From assembly GCA_047947115.1 (NCBI GenBank), contig CP170459.1:416001-480000 (forward strand): a stretch of DNA of 64,000 nucleotides, given 5' to 3'. The stretch comes from Verrucomicrobiota bacterium. GTDB taxonomy: Bacteria; Verrucomicrobiota; Verrucomicrobiia; Limisphaerales; AAA164-E04. Shown here in pieces: positions 20,989 to 33,248 of the stretch. The notes under the pieces are model-generated. The model ran no database searches. It was not told where the DNA came from and worked only from the letters and a program-made list of their open reading frames with translations. Every line of letters starts with the position of its first letter. Position 1 is the first letter of the stretch. Position numbers and translations under genes: made by a program.

Positions 20989-22746
20989 ATGATGCAATCC
21001 ATTAACAATGTGCTGACCTTGCTTCCAGAGGGGGCAACCTGGGCCATCTCGCTCACTTTGATTTTTCTACTGGTGGGTTGGATCAGTTCCATTGCCATTG
21101 CCGCCAGACAGAAAGGGTTGTTACTGATTGCTTTTATCCCACTGACCAACCCCTTGGCAGTCGTGGCTTTACTTTTCAAGCAAACATCCACAGGACTCAT
21201 CCCCTTCAGTTGTTATGCGCTCGCTTTGGCCACCTGGCTTTATGGCGGCAATCATGCGCACAAGGTGGAATTTGAGCGGCTGGCCGCCTATGAAGGACAA
21301 CTTTCAGAAAATGGAGAACCCCTGAGGGCATCCGCCTACAAGCAGTCTCCCATCAACCCTGACAACAATGTTTGGGACCACCCCTACCTCAAAACCCTGG
21401 GCCTTGCCGGTCAAAGAAATCAGGAAGGCGATCAGGCACGCAAAGAAATGGAGGGGCTTTACAAAAGCTGGAGCCTCCCAAAACATGGCGTCAGCGTCAA
21501 ATATGAAACACCTGAGGAAGATCGCCAGCCGTTCATCGACCCGGTCAGGAATATACATGATCTATCGATCCAATACCTCCAATCCTCGGGTGAGCCGGAT
21601 ATCAAATGGCCGACCACGCCCCAATCATCCGCCCAGGTTCTGGAACCATTCTTCAGTGAGAGAAGGGATGATTTGAAAAGACTGCGTGAAGCCGTCACCC
21701 GGCCTGAGGATGTCTATCCTCATGCTTGGGAAAATGGTTTTGACATGCTCCTGCCCCAATTGGCCAAACTGAAAAGCTTCACCCAAATCAGCTCACTCAG
21801 TTCGATTTATCACAGTCTCCAGGGTCATCAGGAAGAGTCCTACCAAAACGCCCGACTCACGTTTCAACTGGCGATGACCGGAGATACCGATCTACTGATT
21901 TCCAGATTGGTGCAATTCGCCCAGCTCCAGATCGCACTGGAAACAATCATGGCAGCCCAACAAACTCATCTGTGGTCGGACGAACAATGGGTGGAAATCA
22001 GATCTTTTTTAAATGATTACAACGCTATCAAACACATGCCCAACAGTTTGAGACTGGAAAGAGCTGTCGGATATTCCTACATAGAACCCATGTTCAACCA
22101 ATCATGGAGCAAAGCCATGAAACGACTGGGCCAGTTGGGAGGTTCCGGCCAGATGGAAACTGAGACCGGAATGGCAATGAACCTGTTGGAATCGATGGCT
22201 TCCAAGTTTTCTCAAGCTTTTCTGGCAAAGCAATGGAGACTGTGCATGGAGGCTTATACATTCATGATTGCGGATATGGAACAAGCTGTGGCGGCTTCGA
22301 AAGAAACACCTTGGAAAGATATCCAATCCAACTGGGCCGACCAAAACATCCTGAACTATGGAATCCTTGCCAAAATGTTGATCCCAGCACTAAGCAACAT
22401 CCAGGAAAAAGCGATCCATATTCAAGTCAAACTCGAACTCGCAAAAGTGGCAATTGATCTTGAGCGTTTCTACCTAAAGCATGGAAGCTATCCGGATTCT
22501 CTCGACGACCTCAGCCCAACCTACCGACTTACCCCTCCCCTGGATCCCATGACTCAAAAAGCTCTCTCCTACAGAAGGAACGAGGGGGGCGGTTTTGAGA
22601 TGTTTTCGGTCGGCATGAACGGCACGGATGATGGCGGCAAGCACATCAAGAAACCCAAGCGCAACCAAACCAATCCGCCGGATGATTTGCTATGGCGGAT
22701 TGAGAAATCTTCACCTTTATTACCTGCATTTCAAGTGGATGCATAA
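20989..22746 (+). CDS. Hypothetical membrane-anchored protein with a C-terminal GspG-like segment
   Basis: N-terminal TM helices; C-terminal LERFYLKHGSYPDSLDDL..DPMT..YRR..FSVGMNGTDDGG. Confidence 0.75.
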   Translation: MMQSINNVLTLLPEGATWAISLTLIFLLVGWISSIAIAARQKGLLLIAFIPLTNPLAVVALLFKQTSTGLIPFSCYALALATWLYGGNHAHKVEFERLAAYEGQLSENGEPLRASAYKQSPINPDNNVWDHPYLKTLGLAGQRNQEGDQARKEMEGLYKSWSLPKHGVSVKYETPEEDRQPFIDPVRNIHDLSIQYLQSSGEPDIKWPTTPQSSAQVLEPFFSERRDDLKRLREAVTRPEDVYPHAWENGFDMLLPQLAKLKSFTQISSLSSIYHSLQGHQEESYQNARLTFQLAMTGDTDLLISRLVQFAQLQIALETIMAAQQTHLWSDEQWVEIRSFLNDYNAIKHMPNSLRLERAVGYSYIEPMFNQSWSKAMKRLGQLGGSGQMETETGMAMNLLESMASKFSQAFLAKQWRLCMEAYTFMIADMEQAVAASKETPWKDIQSNWADQNILNYGILAKMLIPALSNIQEKAIHIQVKLELAKVAIDLERFYLKHGSYPDSLDDLSPTYRLTPPLDPMTQKALSYRRNEGGGFEMFSVGMNGTDDGGKHIKKPKRNQTNPPDDLLWRIEKSSPLLPAFQVDA

Positions 22747-22818
22747 AGTCACCCGTATTGTTACTGGCCTAAAAGGGCTTTTAACGTTACATTGTGAGGC
22801 TAATTTAGATACATTCAC

Positions 22819-23931
22819 ATGGCGTTTGTTTACAACGAGGAGCAATTAAGGGATGTTTCCACCCGCTTTCATTGATATGGCGAGATCATGCACGCTGAAG
22901 CGTGCAAGATCGGCCATATCAATGAAACCTACACGGCCACATATGGCCAGGGAGGCAATGAGGTTCGCTACATCCACCAGAAAATCAACGGAAAGGTGTT
23001 CAAAAACCCAATCCAGGTCATGGATAATGTCGACCGGGTCACCAAGCACATCCGACAAAAACTGACTGATCAATCGGAAACAGATGTGACGCGAAAAGTC
23101 TTGGTTATCGTGCCTTCACGCGATGGGAAATGTTATTATCAGGATGAGGAAGGCCATTACTGGCGGACGTTCGTCTATATCGAGAACATTCGGACCTATG
23201 AATCGGTCCTCTCCAGCAAGCAGGCCTTCGAAGCAGGCAAGGCATTCGGCAAATTCGTGTATTTGCTTTCAGACATGAAAGGGCCAAGGTTGCATGAAAC
23301 CATCCCCCAATTCCACGATGTGCGCATGCGCTTTGACGCATTCATCAATGCTCTGGAAAAAGACCATTTCAACCGCGCCAAGCTGGCCCAAAAGGAAATC
23401 AAATTCTACGAACAAAAAGAAACCATTGTCCGCAAACTTGAAAAAGCGATCAAAGCCGGAGACCTGCCCGAACGCATCACCCACAATGACACCAAATTCA
23501 ACAATGTGCTGCTGGACGTGGAAACGGATGAAGAACAATGCGTGGTCGATCTGGACACCGTCATGCCCGGTAACGTCCTTTACGATTTCGGAGACATGAT
23601 AAGAACGACCACCAGCCCGACGGTCGAAGATGAACTGGATCTGACCAAAGTGCGCATGCGCATGCCGTTTTTCAAGAACCTGGCAAAGGGATATCTGAGC
23701 GGCACACAGGGAATCCTGACCAAGAAGGAGAAAAAGATGATGGCATTCTCCGGAAAAATGATGACGTTCACCATAGGCTTGCGCTTTTTAACCGATTATC
23801 TATCAGGAGACACTTACTTCAGAGTGCACCGACCCCAACACAACCTCGACCGCTCACGCACACAGCTAAAATTAATCCAATCCATTGAGCGGCAAGAAGA
23901 AAAGATGCAACAATTTGTCGACAGCCTGTAA
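22819..23931 (+). CDS. APH-like sugar kinase (N-acetylhexosamine 1-kinase-like) with an in-frame TGA at codon 19 (22873-22875)
   Basis: GHINETY, QKIN, LHETIPQFH, THNDTKFNN, VDLDTVMPG, YDFGD, RFLTDYL.GD.YF. Upstream ATG 22819 is in frame: MAFVYNEEQLRDVSTRFH*YGEIMHAEACKIGHIN. Confidence 0.85.
22867..22927 (+). promoter_or_regulatory. Long stem-loop containing the UGA codon; SECIS-like geometry
   Basis: TTTCATTGATATGGC pairs perfectly with GCCATATCAATGAAA. Inner helices are GATC/GATC and TGCACGC/GCGTGCA, with loop TGAA. Confidence 0.55.
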
Positions 23932-24108
23932 CTTGAACCTTTCAGTCAAGGGTTCTGCCGATTGAATGTGCCTCAAGACGCACATAAATCATTGCTAGTC
24001 AAACGGGATCTTGTGTGTTAGAAGGATGCTCCAAGGTAAGTGTTTGAGGAAATATGTGTCCACTATTCCTCGGATCCGCGCCCATCAATCTGACATACAA
24101 GGTCAATT

Positions 24109-27100
24109 ATGGATCCTAAACAAGGAGTCGTTTTTTATAATGCAGCGCCAGCAACGCCGAGCGCTGCGCCAAATGATCATTCGGTCAAGTCTTTGCCAGG
24201 TCGATGTCTCGGACTGTTCATTCTGCTGCCCGTGTTGCTGGGCATCCCTTCGGTCTGCGCCCAAACCCTGAACAATCAGGACAGTGACAACGATGGGGTC
24301 TCCGATCTGGAAGAAACCACCATCTATCGCACACACCCTTTTAGCGCGGACTCTGATGAAGACGGAATCCCGGACCTGACTGAAATTGAAGATCCGGAAC
24401 TGGATCCGCTCAATCCAGCTGTCTTCATTCCCAAACGATTGTTCAGCATTCAATTTGAAACGAATGACGGCAGCAATCTCAACGGCATTGTCCCTTTCAA
24501 GGCTGATCACCTGGAATTGACGGATGGAGCGTTCCTGAACGGAAACCGGTTTTCAAACGCTTCAAATGGCCAGTTGCAGTTTCCATATCGACAAGCAGAT
24601 GGCACCCCGCTGGTGAACTTACGCCGCGGTTCCATTCGATTCTGGTATCGTCCCGACTGGTCCAGCAGGTCTATGGGTGGGGACGGTCCTGGTAATTTTG
24701 GTCGATTGCTGGAGTTGGGGGTCAACAGTTCGGATTTCAATCAGGGCTGGTGGTCCCTGTATTTTAATCCATTCTCGGACCGTATCCAATTAGCCAGTAA
24801 AAGCAGCGGATTTGCCAGCCCTCAACTCAATGTTGGCATCGCCCTGGAGGAGGGGCAATGGTACCAGTTCGTCCTGACCTACAACACGACGCAGATCCAG
24901 CTTTATCTCAACGGAACACAAATCGGGACCGGCGCAGGCATGCAGGATTTTCCCAGGGATGCAGACCGGGTGGCCAGCGGACTTTGGATCGGCTCCTCAT
25001 ATCTTGACGGATTTCAGATCAACGGCACTCTGGATGCGTTGGAAACGTTCAACTACGAACTCAATCCGGACAATATTCAAGCGGATTACGAAGCCACTCA
25101 AACCGACTCCGACGGAGATGGAATTAATGATTTTCAAGAAATCCTGATTTATGGGACCAAACACACGAAAGCGGATACCGATGATGACGGCATCAACGAT
25201 CTGAGCGAAATCGAAGCAGGAACGTCCCCCACAAATCCAACCGAATTCCCCGCATTACAACTCGCATCGTTTGACTTTGACAATGGCACACTCGAAGGCA
25301 ATCGGGGCCAGATGCCCACAACCCGTTTGAATATCGACTGGATCCGAAGCTGGAACAACGCCGCCGTAAGCATCGGTTCCCGTACCCATCGGTTCTGTCT
25401 TATGCATTTCAGGAAAAGAACCTTTCACACAACATCAACCTTCCTTTCGGTACCATCAGATTCTGGATTTCTCCCAATTGGAGATCCGGAGAGAAGCAGG
25501 ATTCAGTGGGCAGGTTGCTGGAAGTGGGACGATGGACGCCGGACGCGTCGCAAGGATGGTGGGCCCTGCAATTCAACGAAAACCGCGAGTTATTGCAATT
25601 CATCACGCAAGGAAATGGTCAATCCTATTTCAATATTTCACACGGAATCGAGTGGCGCCCCGACAGATGGTACCATATCGCCCTGACCTATGGCCTCTTC
25701 GAATCAAAGTTGTTCATCAATGGAGAGCTCGTCCAGCGCGGCAGCGGTGTTTCTGTCTATCCCTCAAAAGAAACAGCCATTCAAAGCGGCATCCACCTAG
25801 GCGGTTCTCAAAGTGGTTTGTTTAGCGCCAACGTTCGTTTGGATGATGTCGAAACCTTTAATTACACCCTTTCCGACCAGGAACACCTGAATTATTTCCT
25901 GTCAACCGGACCGGATCCGGACGGAGATGGGATCATATCCTTTGATGAAACACTGCTTTATCTGACCGATCCACAAAACCCTGATTCAGACTATGACGGT
26001 GTTCTTGATGGACAGGAAATCGATGAGGGAACAGACCCGAGCCTGGACTTTGACGTTTTGCCCCGGCAACTGGCATCCTTCGGTTTTGAAGGAGCTTCAC
26101 TGGAAGGAAACAGAAATCAACGGCCCCTCATCAAAGGATCGCACCGACAAATTCCAGGTTGGAAGGGATATGGGGTGGAGTTGACCAGCAAAGAAGTGCA
26201 ACAATTCTCCTATCGGGACGTGGAAAGGAATGGCTTGCCAAATATCAACGTTAAACGAGGAAGTGCCCGTTTTTGGATACGTCCCAATTGGGATTCCGGC
26301 GATGGCCCCAATGGAGACGCCCCCCTGCTGGAAATGGGAGCCCCTTCCGAGGATCAATTAAACGGTTGGTGGAGTTTACATCTAACCGACCACGGCAGAC
26401 GCATTCGCATCCAATTCCAGGGGCGGGGCCGCACGTTTGCGGGATTCAACCATCAGATCGATTGGAAAGAGGGCGAATGGCATCATGTCGTCGCCAGCTA
26501 TGATATCAGTGGAAGCGAGCTTTGGATCGATGGAGACAAAGTCGCCTCTGGGCTCGGTACAATTGAATTCCCCAATCTGGAAACCAGAGCCGAAACAGGG
26601 ATGATTGTCGGAGTCAGCCCGCGTCGTCCCCTTGCCATTGAAGGAACCATGGACGAACTGGTCACCTACAACTACAGACTCTCGCCTGCGGAAATTGAGG
26701 CGGATTATTCACCAGTGCCACCGGATTCAGACACAGACGGACTGAGTGATATTGACGAGTTGACCATCTATCTGACGAACCACCTGGACCCGGACACAGA
26801 CGCAGACGGCGTACCGGACGGACAGGAAATCCTTGAGGGCACCAATCCCCTGGACGATTCAGTCTTTGAACCTCGCCTGCTTAGTCGGTTCTCCTTTAAC
26901 GATCCTTCCCTAACAGGGGAACAAGGCCAAATACCGCTTACCGCGAATCAGGCCAACGTGGAAGAGTCATTCCCGATGGGTGGCACCGGTTTTCGATCCG
27001 ATGATGGGAGTTTGTTGGTTTACAATCTCAGAGAACCGAACGGAAAACTCAACATCGACCTGCGGCGGGGAGCTGTACGATTTTGGTTCAAACCAAATTG

Positions 27101-29303
27101 GAGTAGTGGGGAGAAAGGGCATCCATTTGGAGCAAGGCTGCTGGAAGTCGGTAAATTCCAGTCAAACGAAGGCTGGTGGGGACTGTTCCTGAATCAGGAT
27201 CGCACCGAAATCACGTTTGCATCTCAAGGTCCCGACACGAACCTGATGACCACTTATTTAAAAACCTCCAAACTGGATTTCCGCAAGGATCAATGGTATG
27301 AGATCGAACTAAACTACGGCCCTAAAACGGTCCATGCCTACGGAGTACGCTCTCCGCAGAATGCCCAGTTCTTTGCAAATTCCTTCCTTTACATAAACGG
27401 TGTTCAAAAAGGAAACGGCGGGGGTGTGGACCCGTCGGCTCTTCCCTTGCCCGAAGCCATGTCAAAAGGATTCGCCATTGGGAGCCAACTGAACGGTGAC
27501 TTGAACGCGGACGCGCTGTTTGAAGACCTGCACTGTTACAATTTCCCGCAAAACATCTGGAACGGCAACATTCTCAAGGACCGTTCCTGGACCGTGGAGC
27601 ATTCGACATCCCCACCTCAGATAGTGCTCAAGCGCCGGCTGCGGCTGTCACCTGAAGGACTGCTACCAGTCTTCGTTGAAAAAAGAAACTTCGGTGAAAG
27701 CGAATGGACCATTATAGAAGAGGACTTTCGCCGGGATTCCTGGACGGACCATGATGTAAGGCCCGGAGGCATCTATGAATACCGGTTGCGGGATGCAGGA
27801 CCATCCTTTTCGGACACACAACGTGTCACCCTTACCGTAGCGATGAATCTTCCGCCCATGCATTTTCGGGGCAATGTCATCCTCATTACGGAAACCGGCC
27901 TCCCCCAGGCTCTAGGCAGTGACTATGACACCTTCCGGTCTGACCTGATCGGTGATGGGTGGAATCTGATCGATCTGCCCGCCAACCGCCACGACGAAAC
28001 CGATTGGCCCAGAAATGCGGCCGAAATCAAACGTATCCGAACGCAAATAGATTCCATCGTGCAATCCTGGCCAGAAGGCTACCCCCACATCATTTATATT
28101 CTGGGTCATGCCCCCATTCCTCGTTCGGGGCAATCGGCTTTTGATGGACACGTGGGAATTCCGGGCACCTCTTCCGATCACCGTGGAGCATGGACGGCAG
28201 ACAGTTTTTATGGAAGTTTGGACGACAGTTTATGGAGCGACACCGAAACCAAGCACCACTTCTCAAACCGCAATCTTGAAAACCTTCCTGGTGATGAAAA
28301 GTGGGACAACGATTTCCTCCCAAGAACGCTTGAAATCCCCGTGGGACGTATCGATTTTTCCGGACTCTATTCCTTCGGGCTCGCTGATTTCCTGGAACTG
28401 AAGGACAGTCATCCCTGGACCTTGGAAGTAGCCCTCACGCAACAATACATTCGCAAAAACCACCGATACCGCCATGGGCAGACTTCGGCCAAAGAACGTG
28501 TGAGTTATTTCAACGGGCTAGGATTCATACCAACCAAAAACGGCGAACATCAAGCCGTCAACCTCGCTGCTTCGTTGTACGGATTGAAGGAAGGACATGC
28601 CATCGCATCCAGACCTCTTTACGAAAATACGCCGGTTACCTTTGGTTACCACGAGATGAATGGTTCCCCTGTCGGTATTCAGCTCGGCTGGGAAGTCAAC
28701 CGCTCGGTCAATTCCTACAGCCATTTCACGTGGGATCTGGTTCGCCGGGAAAACGAGCCACCGGTCCTCTTTTATCTGATGTATGGCTCGTGGTTCGGGG
28801 ACTGGAATCACACCAATGAAAACTGGTTAAGGGCTGTATTGGCGACACCCAATTATGGACTTGTTTCCCTCTATTACCCCAGATTCTGGAAGTTGCAGAA
28901 AATGGCCCTGGGCACACCCATTGCCGTGGGGATCCCTGAGATGGGCGACTCCAGCGACCTCTACCGAGTCGCTCCCCGCATGCTCAGCATACTGGGAGAC
29001 CCCACACTCAGATTGCATGTATTGGCTCCCCCCGGACCTGTAACGGGACGCTTGGAAAACAACATGATCAGCCTGGAATGGGAACCTTCCCCGGCTGAGG
29101 GGTGTCGATATCATGTCTATCGCAGGCATCCTGCCGCAGGTTGGGAATTAATGAATCCAACGCCAAGCGATGCCACGACTTATGTGGATACGAATCCTGA
29201 TTTTTCAGATCCGACCTACATGGTTCGCGCCATCCGCCTGCAGGAAAGCGGGAGCGGCAGCTACAACAATCTCAGCCAGGGAATCTATGTGAAGGTCAAA
29301 TGA
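24109..29303 (+). CDS. Giant surface protein (~1730 aa): 4 LamG-like domains with DxDxDG linkers, an FN3-like unit and a gingipain/C25-like C-terminal domain; one frameshift near 25375-25390
   Basis: The repeat unit NINxxxGxIRFWxxPxW..LLExG..GWWxL occurs 4 times. The second copy continues in the frame of ORF 25506..29303 from about 25386 (PSVLSYAFQEKNLSHNINLPFGTIRFWISPNW). C-terminal motifs GHAPIP, GRIDFS, GSWFGDW, LGDPTLR. Confidence 0.85.
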
Positions 29304-29307
29304 AACC

Positions 29308-31620
29308 TCACAACCCAAGACCGGCCACTTCATTTCGATCATCCCGGCATTCCTTGATCAGTTTCTGATAGGTCTGACGTGCATGATCGTAAGCGCTCAA
29401 GGCATCCTGCATTTCTTCTTTGGCAATAAACCGCTCCTTGTTCTTCCAGCATTGCTCAACGCTGGCCAGGCACCATTCGGCACTTCGCCGACTGGCACGG
29501 ATCGGTTGGTCGCCCACTTTCACAAACACCGGGTTGGTGTGTGAACTGGGAAGGATGCGTACCGCCACCCAACTGCTGATCTGAATCGGGATCTTGAATT
29601 CAAGATCCTGGACTTTGCCATCCGCAACGACATCCTGGCGGGCGACGGGATATCCGTTCACAATCAACTCCACCGGAACCCTGCGTGTGTCTCCAATACG
29701 TGCGCGCTCGATATGCCAATAGGGTTTCTGTTGGTAAGGCCGATCTCTCAGCCCAGGATGAACCTCATCATCCAAACGGGCGGCGACCCGCACATTGACC
29801 GACACTTCCTTGCCTGTTTCCAGGGATAACTCGCTTCCCATCTCTCCCATACTACGGTTTTCCACTCGAAAATCCATGAGGTGACTGCGGCCATCGCTCA
29901 CATAGTTTTTGCCATCACGAATACCTTCGCACCACGCTTCGTAGTTCAACTGTGATCCAAGTTTGACATAACTGCGCCCCAAACCAACGCGTTCTCCATA
30001 GATGCATGGAAAGTCGGTTTCACCACTGATGCGAGTCCGGTAACCGACGTTCAACGTGTGATACCAGATATTCAGTTCCCATGCATAAGGCGTATCAACG
30101 GTTGAAATGAAATCAACCGCAGGCACCAAACGACCATCGGGACCAGGGACCTGATGCGTCACGTCCACGATGTATTCATTTGCCCCAATACCGTTGAACG
30201 GCGGGATCTGATAATTGGGCAACTGACCGGTCGGCAATTCCAATCCCCATCCCGAATGCGCCGGGCCAACCAATGCACCTTGCGCTTTCGCCCATCGCAG
30301 CGTGTTCAAGCATAAGGTCGGCCAGTGATGCTTGGAATCACCCCCGGGATAAATCTGCTCCTTCAAACGAAGCAGACACAGGTGACCGGATTGATGAGAA
30401 CCAAAACCCGAAACTTCGACATCATAACGCAACAGATAAGGGTAAGCGGAAACCTTGTCGTCTTTTCCGGTGAAGAACTGTTTTTGATAATCAAAACACG
30501 GTCCCCAGGTCAGATTGGCCCCTACCTTCAAATCCTCACCCAAAATGTGCCGTAACATGTCCGGGGCATGCACCCCCTGCGTCGGATCGGTGTAATGAGC
30601 ACAACCGGCGGCATGAATATGATGATCACCACTCCAATAACCAAACAGGGAAGGATCAATCCAACGTTTGACTGAAAAATGCAGATCCCGGGTATGCTCG
30701 TTGATTTCGATCTCTCTCGTAAAAGGAATCGATTCGGGACCACGGGCAAATTTCACGGTGTAAGTTCCCTCCGGCAGACTCAATGTCTCACCGTCCCCAC
30801 GATATACCTGCGGGTGAAAAGCGAAGTCAGGAGCCAATCGCTTGGCCTGGGAAGGATAGACACGTCCAAAGCGATCACGGATCTCAAACATCCCGGTGGT
30901 GGGTTTGCCTTCTTCATCTTTAACACTTAATACGATCTCCCTGGCAGGACGGCATTGAAACAGCACATCCACCTCATTGCGAAATCCGATATCCTGTGTC
31001 CCCTGCCCGACGTTGAATCCCATACGCGCTTCGCGTTTTCCTGCATCTCGGCTGTACATTTGAATGATGCGATACTCCAATTCCAATCCGGATAATGTCT
31101 TGGTTAAAGGTTGCGCGTCGTATGTTTGGATCTCCAACCATCGATCAGCAATGGTGTCTGCCGGAGCATTGTGCAACTGACCGGTATTGGGACTGGAGGC
31201 TTGAAGAGCGGCGGTCACTCCCGCCATGTTGTTGACCTTCACCAAGAACTGGGCCCACCCGTTCTGCACCAGACTGGGCTCGGCTTCACCACGAGCCACT
31301 TTGACGCGCATTTCGGGATTGATGTTGACCACATAGAGACAGCGTTGATCCAACACCTCCTGAAGTTGCCGGGAGCCCGCTTCCGGATCCGTGGCTTTCA
31401 TGGCGGCTTCGATCCGTTCCTTCTCGGCAGCACTGAACGGAAAACCGAGGTAATCCGTCGCCTCCATCAACCTGCGCACCTGAGCCCTGAGCGGCTGCCA
31501 CTCCACCCCGGTGACAAGAGGTGTTTCCGCGGCATGCAATGAAGCGGGTTCTAACCATAGAGCAAACAAAAGCATCAACGGAGGGATGCCACCAAAGAAA
31601 TGAGTGTATTTTTTGGACAT
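29308..31620 (-). CDS. CehA/McbA-family (PHP-like) metallohydrolase, exported
   Basis: Signal peptide, SGDHHIH, GPAHSGWG, SGETDFPC, GLGRSYV. Confidence 0.85.
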   Translation of the reverse strand: MSKKYTHFFGGIPPLMLLFALWLEPASLHAAETPLVTGVEWQPLRAQVRRLMEATDYLGFPFSAAEKERIEAAMKATDPEAGSRQLQEVLDQRCLYVVNINPEMRVKVARGEAEPSLVQNGWAQFLVKVNNMAGVTAALQASSPNTGQLHNAPADTIADRWLEIQTYDAQPLTKTLSGLELEYRIIQMYSRDAGKREARMGFNVGQGTQDIGFRNEVDVLFQCRPAREIVLSVKDEEGKPTTGMFEIRDRFGRVYPSQAKRLAPDFAFHPQVYRGDGETLSLPEGTYTVKFARGPESIPFTREIEINEHTRDLHFSVKRWIDPSLFGYWSGDHHIHAAGCAHYTDPTQGVHAPDMLRHILGEDLKVGANLTWGPCFDYQKQFFTGKDDKVSAYPYLLRYDVEVSGFGSHQSGHLCLLRLKEQIYPGGDSKHHWPTLCLNTLRWAKAQGALVGPAHSGWGLELPTGQLPNYQIPPFNGIGANEYIVDVTHQVPGPDGRLVPAVDFISTVDTPYAWELNIWYHTLNVGYRTRISGETDFPCIYGERVGLGRSYVKLGSQLNYEAWCEGIRDGKNYVSDGRSHLMDFRVENRSMGEMGSELSLETGKEVSVNVRVAARLDDEVHPGLRDRPYQQKPYWHIERARIGDTRRVPVELIVNGYPVARQDVVADGKVQDLEFKIPIQISSWVAVRILPSSHTNPVFVKVGDQPIRASRRSAEWCLASVEQCWKNKERFIAKEEMQDALSAYDHARQTYQKLIKECRDDRNEVAGLGL

Positions 31621-31689
31621 AACAATTCAAACAGGGTTCAGGCGCGAGTCTATCACGGATCACAAACTTGTCATGAGTTTTTTACCGGA

Positions 31690-33162
31690 TCATAAACGGG
31701 CGGGATTGAAGGGGGTCGAAGGAGTCCTATTGCTTGCCTTGCGCTGCATCCTTTGACGGAGCTTGCTGATCCATTCCTGAAGCTTGGGCGAAGGATCCAG
31801 GGCCAGATTGTCAAACTCACCCGGATCCGTGTGGTAATCATACAATTCAGCACCATATTTCCCACTTTCACCCCACTCGGTATAACGCCACCTTTCGGTG
31901 CGAATACTCACCCCCATGACAGCCTCACTCAATCGGTCATCAGCAGGTCTCAACACCTGCGTCACGGCATCGCCGTCCCACTCGCGCAACGGATTCTCCA
32001 AAAGCGGAACCAGGCTTATTCCTGATAATCCATCAGGAGCTGGCACCCCGGCAAGCTCCACCAGGGTCGGATAAATATCCACAAACTCGACCACACGTTG
32101 ACAATGAACCCCGTTTCCCCGAAGCCCGGGAGCATGAATGATCAAGGGTGATTTGGCTGATTTCTCGAACAAGGTCCGCTTCTGCCAGATCCCATCGTGC
32201 TCCCCCAAATGATAACCATGATCGCTCCAAAAAACGACTATGGTTTGTTTCGACAATCCCAACCGATCTACCGCTTGAAGCATACGTCCCACCTGCGCAT
32301 CCACGAAAGATACACACGCGTAATAGGCCTGGACCGCTTTGCGAAGAGTCAATTCGTCCAACCCGTAATTCGGAACCGGACAATTATGAGCAAAAGCCGC
32401 CACCGGAATATCCTCCCGATCACCTGCCGGAGCATACGGCAGCCGAATGTCCTCCAGCGGATATAGATCAAAATACTTTTTGGGTGCCACATACGGGGTG
32501 TGTGGACGAAAGAAACCCACACCAAGAAAAAAGGGTTCGTCCTGATGCGCTTCCATGTATCGAATCGCCTCTGAAGCGATCATCCCGTCCGTCTGTTCTT
32601 CGTCTGCACCATCCGCCGCCAACCAGCTCAGCGCGGCACTGATCTTCCGATGCGGTTCGGCGTTAAAAATCAAATGTTCATCGGCTTTATCCATGCCTTT
32701 GGGATTAAAGACCTGCTGCCAACTCGGAGGATCATCGTGTCCATTGGTGCCAATACTTGCCGGCACGTTGTAATGATAAATCTTCCCAACACGCGCCGTC
32801 AGCCAGCCTTGTCTCATGAATGCCTGTGGCATTGTCACAATGTCAGGAAACGTTTCTCTGAAATGCCGATCCAAATCATAGACCTTGATTTCATCCGGCC
32901 GTTTGCCGGTCATGATGGAGGCTCGTGTCGGATTACACAGCGGCAGTTGATTGTAAGCGCGACGAAACATCACACCCGCGGCCGCCAGCCGATCAATGTG
33001 GGGCGTTTTGGCGACAACATCCCCATAACAACCGAGCGTATCGGTCAGATCGTCCACCGCGATAAACAACACATTGGGACGTTCCTCACCCTCGGCATTC
33101 CATTCAGGCAACACCAAAATCAAGCACAGAATCAAGTTGATCTTTTGTGTCCAGAGCTTCAT
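31690..33162 (-). CDS. Formylglycine-dependent sulfatase (iduronate-2-sulfatase-like)
   Basis: [45 protein letters not shown]. Start set at MKLWTQ. Confidence 0.93.
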   Translation of the reverse strand: MKLWTQKINLILCLILVLPEWNAEGEERPNVLFIAVDDLTDTLGCYGDVVAKTPHIDRLAAAGVMFRRAYNQLPLCNPTRASIMTGKRPDEIKVYDLDRHFRETFPDIVTMPQAFMRQGWLTARVGKIYHYNVPASIGTNGHDDPPSWQQVFNPKGMDKADEHLIFNAEPHRKISAALSWLAADGADEEQTDGMIASEAIRYMEAHQDEPFFLGVGFFRPHTPYVAPKKYFDLYPLEDIRLPYAPAGDREDIPVAAFAHNCPVPNYGLDELTLRKAVQAYYACVSFVDAQVGRMLQAVDRLGLSKQTIVVFWSDHGYHLGEHDGIWQKRTLFEKSAKSPLIIHAPGLRGNGVHCQRVVEFVDIYPTLVELAGVPAPDGLSGISLVPLLENPLREWDGDAVTQVLRPADDRLSEAVMGVSIRTERWRYTEWGESGKYGAELYDYHTDPGEFDNLALDPSPKLQEWISKLRQRMQRKASNRTPSTPFNPARL

Positions 33163-33248
33163 GCCCGGACCATAAAACGAATCACATCGAATTTTCCACG
33201 TAAAAAGATTCTTGGCCTCGTTCGCACCATTGTCGAGAATCACCCCAC

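Noticed and set aside
22819..23931. Aminoglycoside resistance gene
   Set aside because: The motifs (GHINETY, THNDTK, RFLTDYL.GD.YF) fit the NahK/mucin-desulfatase-like sugar kinase branch, and there is no mobile context.
25390..25686. C-terminal tail of ORF 24109..25686
   Set aside because: It is out-of-frame translation after the frameshift; the true LamG repeat is in the other frame.
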